A stretch of DNA of 64,000 nt from Candidatus Omnitrophota bacterium (GCA_022711395.1 JAKLFA010000002.1:387864-451863), one strand, 5' to 3'. Counted from the first letter of the stretch, positions 10,051-19,176 are shown. Program-made: numbers and translations. Notes: generated from the sequence alone by a model not told the origin.

Positions 10051-10800
10051 CTACTTTCCGCTATTAAGAAGCCGCTCGACTTTCTCAATAAGGATATCCA
10101 CACCTTCCGCTTTATCAAAATACTCGTCCGCTCCCGGGATCAGAGACCGCTGGTCCTCTGCGGGAAAGACGCTGGACACGATGACCTTGACCGGAGTATT
10201 CCTTCCCTTGATACCTTCATAGACCTTCATGCCGATCCTTCCTGGGAGCGCGATATCAAGGATCACAAGTCCGATATCAGGTTCTTTGGCGAACAATTCG
10301 AGGCCCAATTCTCCGTCCTCGGCTTCCAACGTGCGATACCCGAGGTCTTCCAGTTGTCCGCTGAACAGCCTCCGGATCTTGAACTCATCCTCAACGATCA
10401 AGATCGTGCTTAACGGCAATATGCCTCGCGCCGCTTTTTTGACCTTTTCCAGCAGGACATCGACCCCTTGCGCCTTATCGTAATAATCAAAGGCGTCCTT
10501 CATGATCCGCCTCTGTTCTTCAACAGGATAAACGCTTGTGACAATGACCTTGATGCTCTTGCTAAAGGCCCGTATCAGATCGAACAAAATGCTCCCATAA
10601 ACCCGCGGAAGGTTGATGTCCAGCAAAATGATATCGAAATGTTTTCTGAGCAGAATTTCACTGGCCTCTACAGCGTCGGGAACGCTTACCACTTGATACC
10701 CTTCGCTCTCAAGCAATTCCGCATGCAGTTTCCGGATCTTGTCCTCATCTTCAACTATCAGGATCCTCAGCATTCGAAATCTCCCGTGTGTACTGCCCAA
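10051..10800 (-). CDS. dual-receiver response regulator (two tandem CheY-like domains, no output domain)
   Basis: 249 aa. Two LIVEDE...ILDI..LP receiver units. Confidence 0.8.
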   Translation of the reverse strand: MGSTHGRFRMLRILIVEDEDKIRKLHAELLESEGYQVVSVPDAVEASEILLRKHFDIILLDINLPRVYGSILFDLIRAFSKSIKVIVTSVYPVEEQRRIMKDAFDYYDKAQGVDVLLEKVKKAARGILPLSTILIVEDEFKIRRLFSGQLEDLGYRTLEAEDGELGLELFAKEPDIGLVILDIALPGRIGMKVYEGIKGRNTPVKVIVSSVFPAEDQRSLIPGADEYFDKAEGVDILIEKVERLLNSGK

Positions 10801-10913
10801 AAAGTACCGGTTACGGATTTTAAATAATTCCGGGATGACCTTAATCCCTGTAGAGGAAATGTAACAAAGAGGGGGTTAACGAAAAGTTAAATAATAATTA
10901 AATTTTTTAATGA

Positions 10914-11972
10914 TCAATCACGGGGAATTGAAAGGCCATCACCGGACATTCGCGGCAGGTCAACAGTAAAAACAGCGCCCTTTCCGATCTCACTGGACAC
11001 CACGATTTCGCCTTGATGGAGCTTTGCGATGGATTGGGCGATGCTCAATCCCAATCCGCTGCTGGGGGCGGCGTCTTTGAGCTTATTCTCGATCCGGAAG
11101 AACTTATCAAAAAGCCGCGGAAGGTTTTTCTGATCGATGCCGATCCCTGTATCACGAATCGAGATCCTGACGCGATCGTCTTCAAAACGGACAATAATAT
11201 CCACCCGTCCGTCTTGAGGCGTGTATTTTATGGCGTTATCGATGAGATTTAAAAAAAGACGCCGCAGGGTCTGCTCATCCGCGTTCACCAGGACCGCGGC
11301 CTCAGGGACTTGAATATGGACCGAGATATTTTTCTTCGCGGCCAGGATCTTGGCTTTTTCAAACAGCACGGCGACAAATTGGGTCAGATCCAACGGCTGA
11401 AGGCGCAGATCGTCCGAACGGTAATTGACGCGCGTCAGCAATAACAGGTCCTCGATGATCTTGAACATCCGGCCCGTTTCTTCCAGACTGCCGGCGATCA
11501 CTTTCTTATATTCTTCTTTGTCCCGCTCCTTTTTCAAGGCCACTTCCGCCTCCCCCCGCATGATCGCAAGCGGGGTCTTCAGTTCATGGGCGATATAGGA
11601 ACTCGATTCCGTGATATACGCGAAGGCGGCTTCAAGCCGTGAGATCATGTCATTGAACGCTTTGACCAAATACTGGACCTCTTCACCGGCATTCTCCGCC
11701 ATGACCCTCCTGCTCAAATCCTCATGAGTAATGCCCTCCGCTGCTTCCGCGACTTCTTTGATCGGCTTGATAATTCTTCCAATCGAGAGCTGGCTCATGC
11801 AATACCCGAGCAAAAAAGCCGGAGGCAGGGGCACTAAAAAATAATACGCCATCCCCATCTTCAGGAGCACGGGACGAAACAAAAAAAGCGCCGCATAATA
11901 AACTCCCAAAATCAAAACCAGCACTGTGGCGCGCGCAATAGTGCGTTGAACATCACCCCGATCAAAACGCAT
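10914..11972 (-). CDS. sensor histidine kinase (two transmembrane segments, HAMP, HisKA, HATPase)
   Basis: 352 aa. HELKTPLAIMRGEAE H-box. RDTGIGI...GLGLSIA G-boxes. The stop overlaps the start of the regulator gene. Confidence 0.85.
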   Translation of the reverse strand: MRFDRGDVQRTIARATVLVLILGVYYAALFLFRPVLLKMGMAYYFLVPLPPAFLLGYCMSQLSIGRIIKPIKEVAEAAEGITHEDLSRRVMAENAGEEVQYLVKAFNDMISRLEAAFAYITESSSYIAHELKTPLAIMRGEAEVALKKERDKEEYKKVIAGSLEETGRMFKIIEDLLLLTRVNYRSDDLRLQPLDLTQFVAVLFEKAKILAAKKNISVHIQVPEAAVLVNADEQTLRRLFLNLIDNAIKYTPQDGRVDIIVRFEDDRVRISIRDTGIGIDQKNLPRLFDKFFRIENKLKDAAPSSGLGLSIAQSIAKLHQGEIVVSSEIGKGAVFTVDLPRMSGDGLSIPRD

Positions 11973-12643
11973 TATGCCTCTCCGATCCTGTAGCCTTTGC
12001 CGTGTATGGTATGGATAAGCGGCTTCTTGAAATCCTTATCCACCTTATTGCGCAAAAAACTGATAAACACGTCGATGACATTAGTGAAACTGTCAAAATC
12101 CTCATGCCAGACATGTTCCGAGATCATGGTCCGGGTGACAACATGATCCGCATTGAGCATCAGGTATTCCAAAAGCGCGAATTCTTTGCTGCTGAGCTGG
12201 ATCTGTTTTTCGGCCCGCTTGACTTTATGGCGCAGCTGGTCGAGCTCCAGATCGGCAACTTTAAGAATGCCTGTTTTGTTGTCTCTGTTTCTGCGCAACA
12301 GAGCGCCGATCCGGGCTGAAAGCTCCTCAAAATCGAACGGTTTGGCGAGATAATCATCCGCGCCGGAATTCAATCCTAGAACTTTATCCCGAACGCGGTC
12401 CTTCGCGGTAAGCATTAAAATAGGGACGCTGATCTCTTTTTTCCTCAACTCACGGCAGATCGTAATGCCATCGACACCCGGAAGCATGATGTCGAGTATG
12501 ATCAGATCATAGGGGTTTATTTCAGCCAAAAACATCGCCTTCTCTCCATCAGAGGCCACATCGACGACATAGTTCTCTTCTTTAAGCCCGCGTTCAATAA
12601 AATTCGCTATTTTTATCTCATCTTCCACCAGTAATATTCGCAT
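11972..12643 (-). CDS. OmpR-family DNA-binding response regulator
   Basis: MRILLVEDE...LDIMLPGVDG receiver plus a winged-helix C-terminus. The start was refined to the internal ATG at 12641-12643, which has a GGAG ribosome-binding site. The track ORF extends to 12706. Confidence 0.85.
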   Translation of the reverse strand: MRILLVEDEIKIANFIERGLKEENYVVDVASDGEKAMFLAEINPYDLIILDIMLPGVDGITICRELRKKEISVPILMLTAKDRVRDKVLGLNSGADDYLAKPFDFEELSARIGALLRRNRDNKTGILKVADLELDQLRHKVKRAEKQIQLSSKEFALLEYLMLNADHVVTRTMISEHVWHEDFDSFTNVIDVFISFLRNKVDKDFKKPLIHTIHGKGYRIGEA

Positions 12644-12682
12644 TTTGGCTCCGAGGGAAATTATGTATTTTGTATGCGGAAA

Positions 12683-12713
12683 ATAGTTTACCTTAAATCC
12701 ATGCAACTATCAA
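12683..12713 (-). promoter_or_regulatory. putative promoter TTGATA-N17-TAAACT for the regulator/kinase operon
   Basis: Same 27-nt motif as at 7913-7946. Lies about 40 nt upstream of the regulator start. Confidence 0.35.
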
Positions 12714-13516
12714 AATGTCTTTTCCCGTTTTCCCGTTTTCCCGTTTAGAAACTCCGCCAACACCGTGTTGAATTCTTCCGGCTTTTCAACCGGCACGGCG
12801 TGATGCGCATCCGGGATGACCACAATCTGCGCCCCGGGCATTAACGCTGTGTATTCTTCTTTCCAGGCAAGAGGCGTGTAATCCTGATCCGCCGCAATGA
12901 CCAGCGCCGGGCATTGGATCGAACCCAGCCTGTCCTTTACACTCCAGCCGGTCAAGGCCCGCATCGCGTCCTGAAAAGCCCGCGGGTCATTCTCCGCCCA
13001 CCGTTCAACAAAAAGTGCTCGTAAAGACTTGTGTTCATCGCCCAGAAAAAGACGTTTGCTCAAGACCTCTCCCATCTTGCGCATGCCCAAAAAGCGCACG
13101 ATCGCGGAGCGTTTGAAGATTTCCATTTTTTCTTTGAAGGTGCGCGCCGCGAATTCAGGGGCGCTGTTGATGATCACCAGTGTTTTGACGAGTGCGGGAA
13201 AATCAACGGCCAGTTGGAAGGCAACGCCGCCTCCCAGGGACAACCCAACGATATGGGCGGATTTGATCTCTAATGCCTTGAGCAAGGCGGCGGTGTCAGC
13301 CGCAAATAGAGAAAGGCTGTAGGGCCCCGCCGGTTTATCGGAGAGCCCATGACCGCGCAGGTCAAATGTGATCACACGGTAGACCCGGGAAAATTCTTTC
13401 ACCTGCAATTCCCAGTCGCGGCCGCTCGAACCCAGGCCGTGGATAAAGACCAGCGCCTGGCCATGGCCGGTACTTTCATAATAGAGATGGATTCCGTTGA
13501 CTTGTATTTTGGGCAT
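12710..13516 (-). CDS. alpha/beta-fold hydrolase
   Basis: VFIHGLGSSGRDW...GLSLGG (GxSxG nucleophile elbow). The likely start is MPKIQ at 13516. Confidence 0.8.
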   Translation of the reverse strand: MPKIQVNGIHLYYESTGHGQALVFIHGLGSSGRDWELQVKEFSRVYRVITFDLRGHGLSDKPAGPYSLSLFAADTAALLKALEIKSAHIVGLSLGGGVAFQLAVDFPALVKTLVIINSAPEFAARTFKEKMEIFKRSAIVRFLGMRKMGEVLSKRLFLGDEHKSLRALFVERWAENDPRAFQDAMRALTGWSVKDRLGSIQCPALVIAADQDYTPLAWKEEYTALMPGAQIVVIPDAHHAVPVEKPEEFNTVLAEFLNGKTGKREKTF

Positions 13517-13532
13517 GGGGCTTCTAAAAATA

Positions 13533-13555
13533 AAAAGGTGCCGGGCACTTTTTAT
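13533..13555. terminator. bidirectional intrinsic terminator hairpin (aaaaaGGTGCCGGGCACttttt)
   Basis: GC palindrome flanked by A and T runs. The same hairpin motif recurs at 14619-14640 and 15936-15978. Confidence 0.4.
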
Positions 13556-13571
13556 TGAATAAAACTGCACG

Positions 13572-13937
13572 TCACCTTATTAAAATTAGTAAAATTAAAA
13601 CCAACAAACACAGTCCAAAGAAAATCCCTAATAAGGACTTTATGGCGTTATTATCGGGATAGAATTTGGTGGCTTCTTCAGCAAAGAATTTTTCAAAATC
13701 TTTCATGGCTTGCGGCGCGTCCTCCCCTTCAACGATCAAAAGCAATGAAGTTTGATATTGGGCCCGGAGCATCCGTAAAGCCATGATCGATCTGCCATTA
13801 ACCCGGTCCTCACCTTTAACGACTGTGACGACAGATTTGAACTTCTTCGCCACGTCCACGAAAGCAGCCGAAGCCCGGACACAGAGGCCTTTTTTATTCA
13901 ACACCATGACTTGTTTTTCAATACGGGGCATTTCCAA
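13572..13937 (-). CDS. HPr-like protein lacking His15 and Ser46, with a C-terminal hydrophobic tail
   Basis: 121 aa. Aligns with HPr (GLCVRASAAFV vs GLHTRPAAQFV; NGRSIMALRML vs NGKSASAKSLF), but His15 is Cys and the Ser46 position is Arg. The last 25 aa (LLGIFFGLCLLVLILLILIR) form a predicted transmembrane helix. Confidence 0.6.
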   Translation of the reverse strand: MEMPRIEKQVMVLNKKGLCVRASAAFVDVAKKFKSVVTVVKGEDRVNGRSIMALRMLRAQYQTSLLLIVEGEDAPQAMKDFEKFFAEEATKFYPDNNAIKSLLGIFFGLCLLVLILLILIR

Positions 13938-14170
13938 CCCCCCTTAAACAAAAAAATGCCAGGCTCTTTTTTGCGCCTGGCACCGTTTCGTTGGGCAGAG
14001 AGTTCTGCCCGGCTAATATCATTCCATCAAATTGTTCAATAAGATCGATCAAAATTGTCAGCTTTCCACAGACGATGAATCAGGAATGCTTCAAATATAA
14101 CAAAATTCCTTTCTTTTATCAAGAAAAATGATGAAATATTGCTGTTTTCCTCCTTAAAACCAGATCCGTC

Positions 14171-14195
14171 TTAAGGTCACAAATTGTGACCTTAA
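14171..14195. promoter_or_regulatory. perfect 12+1+12 palindrome TTAAGGTCACAAaTTGTGACCTTAA (candidate operator)
   Basis: Exact dyad symmetry in a 340-bp intergenic region upstream of the HPr-like gene. Confidence 0.3.
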
Positions 14196-14277
14196 CAGAT
14201 TGCTTCCGCCCTGCGGTCGCTCGCAATGATACAAATAAAAATGACGTACACCTATTTAAATGTGTCCGTCACCTTTA

Positions 14278-14562
14278 TTAAATCCCATACTCGCAAAGGT
14301 AGGCGCTATCCTGCTCGACCTTTATTTTAAATGCGGATTTCGCGGGAACACTGAACGATGAACCCCGTTCAAACTCTTCCCACTCATTATATTGAGGATA
14401 ATAGAGAGAAATTTTACCGAACACAACGGTCATGACCTCGCTTGAATCCGTTGTGAATTCATAATCCCCCGGCTTTATCACACCGACCGTCTGCCTGCCT
14501 TCGGCGGATTCAATACCAAAAGATTTCACCCGGCCGTCAAAATACTCATTCACTTTGATCAC
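14278..14562 (-). CDS. ppnP: pyrimidine/purine nucleoside phosphorylase PpnP (YaiE/UPF0345, cupin)
   Basis: 94 aa. MIKVNEYFDGRVKSFGF...GVIKPGDYEFTTDSSEVMTVV closely matches the DUF1255/PpnP family. Confidence 0.75.
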   Translation of the reverse strand: MIKVNEYFDGRVKSFGIESAEGRQTVGVIKPGDYEFTTDSSEVMTVVFGKISLYYPQYNEWEEFERGSSFSVPAKSAFKIKVEQDSAYLCEYGI

Positions 14563-14644
14563 TTCCCAACCCTTTCATTAATGTTAGAACTTTGGTTTTT
14601 GCTGGACAAAATTTCCTTAAAAAAGTGCCCGGCGCTTTTTGTTC

Positions 14645-15811
14645 TCAAAATATCATATTCGCCAGGATCCCCAAAACAACGACCTGCGGCACCGTAATGA
14701 GCGGAAGCCAGATGGCGGTCCTGCGGCCCACATTATGCCACAAGAGCCCGATCTCGGTGTAATCCGTGGCGACCCCGGCCATCAAAAAGACAAAACTGTT
14801 TCCCAATGCCCCGGTCTGCCGGAAGATCTCAAAGGCCATGGGCGATGACCCTTCCGAACAGACCTCGATCACCGTCGCGGCAAGAAGGGTCACGCAAAGG
14901 CCCGCCAAGGTCGGCCCCATATACGCGTCAAAAAAATGCGGCGGAACATACGCGCCCGCGGCGCTGGCGAGCCCGACCCCGATCAGGATCCACCACAGGA
15001 CCATGTTCGAGAGGGCGGCCATTCCCTGGCAGACGCCCTTGATATCCAGCCAGAGATTTTGCCGGGAAAATTGATAACCCTTCAACCGCCGCTGAATATC
15101 TTTCCTGACGGAAAAACCGGCCTGTATTTCGAGCGAGTTTGTGTTGTGCTCAATAAGGCCCCGCTCATCGAGGACCAGAAAGATCAGTCCAGTCGTGATC
15201 GCGATCACAACCGCCCCTCCGATGATATAAAACGCCTTCAGGCCGAAAAACGAGACCAGCATGAACGTTAAAGAAATATTCGCCCAGGGGCTGGCTAGCA
15301 AAAAGGCCACGACCGCCGGAGTGGACGCGCCTTTTTTGTGCAGCTGGATGGCCAGCGCCAAGATCCCGTGCGAGCAGGCGCTCATAAAAAAGCCCAGCAT
15401 CACCGCCGAAAAGATCGTTGTTTTTTTAGGCTGGGACAAAAAGAACGAGATGTATTCCCGCGGAATATAATGATCGATCAATCCCCCGATCAGGATCCCC
15501 AGCAGGACCGCCCACCACAATTTTTGGACATACATCATCAGCACCATCCGGAAAGGTTCCAGCACCGGAACAGCCAAGGACAGCAGCGACACGGCCAGCA
15601 AAACAGCGGCGGCCATAAAAACTTTATTCCTGTAAAATGGTGCCCGCGAAGGCCTGGCGCACGACGCGATCTCGCTTGCACAGACCCCCCGCTCTTTGGC
15701 GAACTTCTCCAGGCAATGCGCAGAGCAGAAAAAAAAGGTTTGCCCGCCGTGGGCCAGCCTCAGCCCCTTTTTTTCATCAACAGCCATTCCGCAGATCGGA
15801 TCTCGCGCCAT
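14645..15811 (-). CDS. permease (DUF318/ArsP_1-like) with N-terminal YHS/TRASH metal-binding domain
   Basis: 388 aa. N-terminal ICGMAVDEKKGLRLAHGGQTFFFCSAHCLEKF (TRASH Cys motifs) then 8-10 transmembrane helices. A C-terminal CxxxC-like cluster is also present. Confidence 0.65.
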   Translation of the reverse strand: MARDPICGMAVDEKKGLRLAHGGQTFFFCSAHCLEKFAKERGVCASEIASCARPSRAPFYRNKVFMAAAVLLAVSLLSLAVPVLEPFRMVLMMYVQKLWWAVLLGILIGGLIDHYIPREYISFFLSQPKKTTIFSAVMLGFFMSACSHGILALAIQLHKKGASTPAVVAFLLASPWANISLTFMLVSFFGLKAFYIIGGAVVIAITTGLIFLVLDERGLIEHNTNSLEIQAGFSVRKDIQRRLKGYQFSRQNLWLDIKGVCQGMAALSNMVLWWILIGVGLASAAGAYVPPHFFDAYMGPTLAGLCVTLLAATVIEVCSEGSSPMAFEIFRQTGALGNSFVFLMAGVATDYTEIGLLWHNVGRRTAIWLPLITVPQVVVLGILANMIF

Positions 15812-16007
15812 GATAATCTCCTGATATGAAAATTTTGATCGCCCCTGTGCCCGATATTATGTCCGGTTATATGAACGGATCTTACAAAAACGATTCCTTT
15901 ATAATTTATGCTCCCGTAGAAACTTCGTCAAGAAAAGAAAAAAGGTGCCGGGCACTTTTTGTGCCTGGCACCTTTATTAGTGTTTGTCACACGACTTTTA
16001 ACTGCAC

Positions 16008-16955
16008 TTACGCGATCAATTTACGACGGAAGGCCATTCCTAACAGCCCGCTGCCCAAGAGCAGCATTGATGCCGGCTCGGGCACTGCGTTCGTTTCGGA
16101 ATTTCCAACCAGCAACTGACCACCGCGATAAAAGGAAACTCCCGCATCCGGAGTCAAGTCAGCGTGGAAAGAATTGTAAGAATCAACAAATTGTCTTTCA
16201 GAATCGGAACCATAAGCATAAGCGGAGACACTTAACTCCTCTCCCAGATCAATGCCGTTGGTGTAGCCTGAAAAACTAAAATCATACGAAAAGTTGAAAA
16301 CCCCGTCATCGTTATCATCTTCCCAGATCAAATTGAAAAACGACGGGTTGTCTGCCATGTCTCTTGTGAGCATTTCGCCGGTGACGAGGTTCTCTGATGA
16401 AAACCATCCATAGGGTTCCAGGTCCATTTCCCCCTGCTGCACGGCAAAGTGGAAATTATAAGCGATGGAAGGTGTGCGCAGATAATAAGACACGCCGTAA
16501 TTGGCGCTGCCGAGAGTAAAGCTTCCATCCTGTTTCAGCCGCGTTTCAAAGCTGCCCCCCAGGGGCACGGCCGTCCCGCATGTCGTCGCGTCACACTGAA
16601 ATCCATCGTCCCGATAATAGGATGCGGAATAGACTTTATAAATGCTGTCATTGACACTGACGCCGATCTTGGCCCCAAGGCTGCCATCGCTGCCGAATCC
16701 CACCCAGGATTTAGCGTAATTGTTATCGTTATAAACAACAGAACTGTTCCCCTGCCACAAGCTCTCCGCGGACCAGAAGTGGTCATCTTTCGTTGTCACA
16801 CTATCCCGGTCGGTGTAATAACTCCAACTCCGGTACGTGTCGTAGACAGCGGCGAAAGCCGTCCTCCCGGAACCCATCACCATGACTGCCGCGGCCATCA
16901 GTGACAGGCTGACCCGCTGAAATAACAATTTGGAAAAATCGTGACTGTTGTTCAT
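16008..16955 (-). CDS. secreted PEP-CTERM-anchored protein, aromatic-rich
   Basis: 315 aa. N-terminal signal peptide. C-terminal VPEPASMLLLGSGLLGMAFRRKLIA is a classic PEP-CTERM sorting tag. Confidence 0.75.
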   Translation of the reverse strand: MNNSHDFSKLLFQRVSLSLMAAAVMVMGSGRTAFAAVYDTYRSWSYYTDRDSVTTKDDHFWSAESLWQGNSSVVYNDNNYAKSWVGFGSDGSLGAKIGVSVNDSIYKVYSASYYRDDGFQCDATTCGTAVPLGGSFETRLKQDGSFTLGSANYGVSYYLRTPSIAYNFHFAVQQGEMDLEPYGWFSSENLVTGEMLTRDMADNPSFFNLIWEDDNDDGVFNFSYDFSFSGYTNGIDLGEELSVSAYAYGSDSERQFVDSYNSFHADLTPDAGVSFYRGGQLLVGNSETNAVPEPASMLLLGSGLLGMAFRRKLIA

Positions 16956-17146
16956 TGTGTTCTCCTCCTTGAGTTGTCTAGGACCTGTTGTCGATATGCC
17001 CCGCAGCTGACAATTGGGAGCGCTCCATGCCTATCATTGTGCCGAAAATATTGCTACGTTTATACTACACTGTTTAATACCCGTCAATAGGACAGACCTG
17101 GACACACTCCCCAAGGCGCCCCTTTTATTAAAACTCCCCCTCGGGC

Positions 17147-17166
17147 CTGCCTGCCGGCAGGCAGGG
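17147..17166. repeat. 20-bp perfect palindrome CCTGCCTGCCGGCAGGCAGG (copy 1)
   Basis: An identical copy at 17684-17703 lies on the other side of tRNA-Asn and the GIY-YIG gene. Confidence 0.8.
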
Positions 17167-17290
17167 ACTCCGGCGCCTCCCTCTGGTTCGGCACCATTTC
17201 CTTGTCTTTGCGCCCTTCGGGCTTCAGGCTGCGGCCAGAACCTCATGCTTCGCATAAGGTTCTTTCACACCGAAAACCTATTCAAATGAA

Positions 17291-17326
17291 AAAGGGCCAG
17301 CATTCGCTGACCCTTTTCATTTGAAT
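17291..17326 (-). terminator. long hairpin terminator downstream of tRNA-Asn
   Basis: attcaaatgaaaaagggccagc-att-cgctgacccttttcatttgaat. About 20-bp stem. Confidence 0.5.
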
Positions 17327-17327
17327 A

Positions 17328-17400
17328 CTCCCCCGCGAGGACTCGAACCTCGGACATAGTGGTTAACAGCCACTCGCTCTACCGACTGAGCTACAGGGGA
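17328..17400 (-). tRNA. tRNA-Asn (anticodon GTT)
   Basis: Minus-strand read TCCCCTGTAGCTCAGTCGGTAGAGCGAGTGGCTGTTAACCACT...GGTTCGAGTCCTCGCGGGGGAG. Standard D and T arms. Anticodon loop CTGTTAA. U1-A72 as in E. coli tRNA-Asn. Confidence 0.85.
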
Positions 17401-17654
17401 TCAGATTTTAAAGAACGGTTACAAAAGAAAATTTTTATTTTTTCACGACCACAGCCCGACTTATAAAACTTTTCCAACTTGCGCGCCTGGATCCGGCCCT
17501 CACATCGCTGTTGAAAGATCAACCGATACGGCCGGTGCCCTTTCGTTGACTTTTGATGACCAGCATTATGGTCCTTCAAACGCCGCGTCGGATCAAGGCT
17601 TATTCCAACATAAATCGTCCCGTCTTTTTCGCTTTTCAGAACATACACATACAC
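17391..17654 (-). CDS. small GIY-YIG nuclease family protein overlapping the tRNA-Asn 5' end
   Basis: 87 aa. YVYVLKSEKDGTIYVGISLDPTRRLKDHN matches the GIY-YIG motif. The stop codon lies inside the first 10 nt of the tRNA. Confidence 0.75.
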   Translation of the reverse strand: MYVYVLKSEKDGTIYVGISLDPTRRLKDHNAGHQKSTKGHRPYRLIFQQRCEGRIQARKLEKFYKSGCGREKIKIFFCNRSLKSDPL

Positions 17655-17670
17655 GCCAATAGAACCTTTT

Positions 17671-17746
17671 CAGCCACTCGCTCCCTGCCTGCCGGCAGGC
17701 AGGTACCGACTGAGCTACAGGGGATCAGATTTTAAAGAACGGTTAC
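17671..17746. repeat. partial duplication of the tRNA-Asn 5' half plus 22 nt of upstream flank, interrupted by palindrome copy 2
   Basis: cagccactcgct + [ccctgcctgccggcaggcagg] + taccgactgagctacaggggatcagattttaaagaacggttac. Matches 17367-17422 exactly apart from the insertion. Confidence 0.75.
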
Positions 17747-17894
17747 TGAGAAATATGAAACAATTATAAGGAAAAGCAAGCCCTTGTCAACTGCAAAAAC
17801 AGTAAACCCGCCCTTTTCAAATGCCATTTATTTCTTGCTTTTTAACAACGTGTGGTATCATAGATGTCAAAATTTTAACCAAAATCAAACACAA

Positions 17895-18644
17895 ATGTCC
17901 GCTCTGACCATAAAACTGGACCGGGTTTCGCTCAAACGCGGCGAAACCGAGGTCTTTAAGAACCTCTCCTGGGAAGTCCGGAAAGGAGAGCACTGGTTCG
18001 TCATGGGCAACAACGGCTCAGGCAAGACCAGTCTGATCGACCTGATCATGGGACATCTCTGGCCGCAAAAAGGCAAGGTCGTGGTCCTGGGCGAAACCCT
18101 CGGAGAAGTCTTCCTGCCGCAGCTTCGAAAGCGCATCGGTTACGTCTCTCCCTGGATCTTCAACCGCATGGGAAGCTCTGTGCCGGTCTACAACGTGGTG
18201 GCCTCGGGAACAGACGGCTCGGTCGGTTTTTGGGGAAACGTCCCGGATCCGATCTACCAACAGGCCCTGGCGAAACTGGAATTTTTCCACTGCGCGGATC
18301 TTGCAGAACGCGCCTTCGGTTCCCTGTCCTCCGGGCAGCAATTCAAAGTGATCCTCGCCCGCGCCCTGATCAATGACCCTGAGCTTTTTCTGCTGGATGA
18401 GCCGTTCGCGCAGCTGGATATCGGCGCTCGCATGCAGGCCTATGACCTCATTGAAAAATGGGCCGGACTGGGCCACTCCCCCAGCATCATCCTGGTCACG
18501 CATCACCTGGAAGACCTCACCGCTTCCTACACGAAGGGGCTTCTGATCAAGGACTCCCGCGCGGTCTTCAAAGGCAGCCGGAACGATCTTTTAACCAACG
18601 CCTTTTTTAAAAAAACCTTCGGGATCACGAAAAAAATCTTCTAA
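17895..18644 (+). CDS. ABC transporter ATP-binding protein
   Basis: Walker A GNNGSGKTSL, signature LSSGQQ, Walker B LFLLDEP. The start was refined to MSALTIKL. Confidence 0.8.
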   Translation: MSALTIKLDRVSLKRGETEVFKNLSWEVRKGEHWFVMGNNGSGKTSLIDLIMGHLWPQKGKVVVLGETLGEVFLPQLRKRIGYVSPWIFNRMGSSVPVYNVVASGTDGSVGFWGNVPDPIYQQALAKLEFFHCADLAERAFGSLSSGQQFKVILARALINDPELFLLDEPFAQLDIGARMQAYDLIEKWAGLGHSPSIILVTHHLEDLTASYTKGLLIKDSRAVFKGSRNDLLTNAFFKKTFGITKKIF

Positions 18645-18738
18645 GCAGGCCGGTTCAGGATTACAAACAAGGCGCCGGATTATACTTCCCTTTATCACGG
18701 CCAATGCTATACTTAACTCACGATCAAAGGAGGCCGCC

Positions 18739-19176
18739 ATGTATAGACACACCCAACCCGGATGGACAACGATCCTGTCGCTCGGCACCGCTCTTTGCGT
18801 TGTCCTCATCCTCAATTCCGTTTCTTATTCTCCCGTCGCGGCGGTAGTGGCGGTCGTGCTGGCCTTGACGATCCCTCTGTTCTTCAACCTGACCGTCACG
18901 ATCGATCAGGAGAGCTTGAGCGCGGTTTTCGGTATCGGGGTCTTCCGCGTCCGCCTGAAAGTCAGCGAGATCGTTTCCACGCGGCCCGTTCGAAATAAAT
19001 GGTGGTACGGCTACGGCATCCATGGCTGGTTCGGGAAAGGATGGCTTATCAACATTTCGGGCCTGGACGCTGTCGAGCTTAAAATGAAAAACGGCATGAC
19101 CTACTGGATCGGCACCGATGAGCCTCAAGAGCTGAACGCGGCGCTCCAGCGGGCGATGAACGAGGCCGGCTCTTAA
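18739..19176 (+). CDS. hypothetical membrane protein
   Basis: 145 aa. Two N-terminal transmembrane helices. No recognisable family. Confidence 0.4.
   Translation: MYRHTQPGWTTILSLGTALCVVLILNSVSYSPVAAVVAVVLALTIPLFFNLTVTIDQESLSAVFGIGVFRVRLKVSEIVSTRPVRNKWWYGYGIHGWFGKGWLINISGLDAVELKMKNGMTYWIGTDEPQELNAALQRAMNEAGS

Noticed and set aside
17034-17289. ORFs 17014-17289 (+) and 17034-17255 (-) in the region upstream of tRNA-Asn
   Set aside because: GC-rich palindromic non-coding region. The translations are low-complexity and overlap the palindrome and terminator structures.
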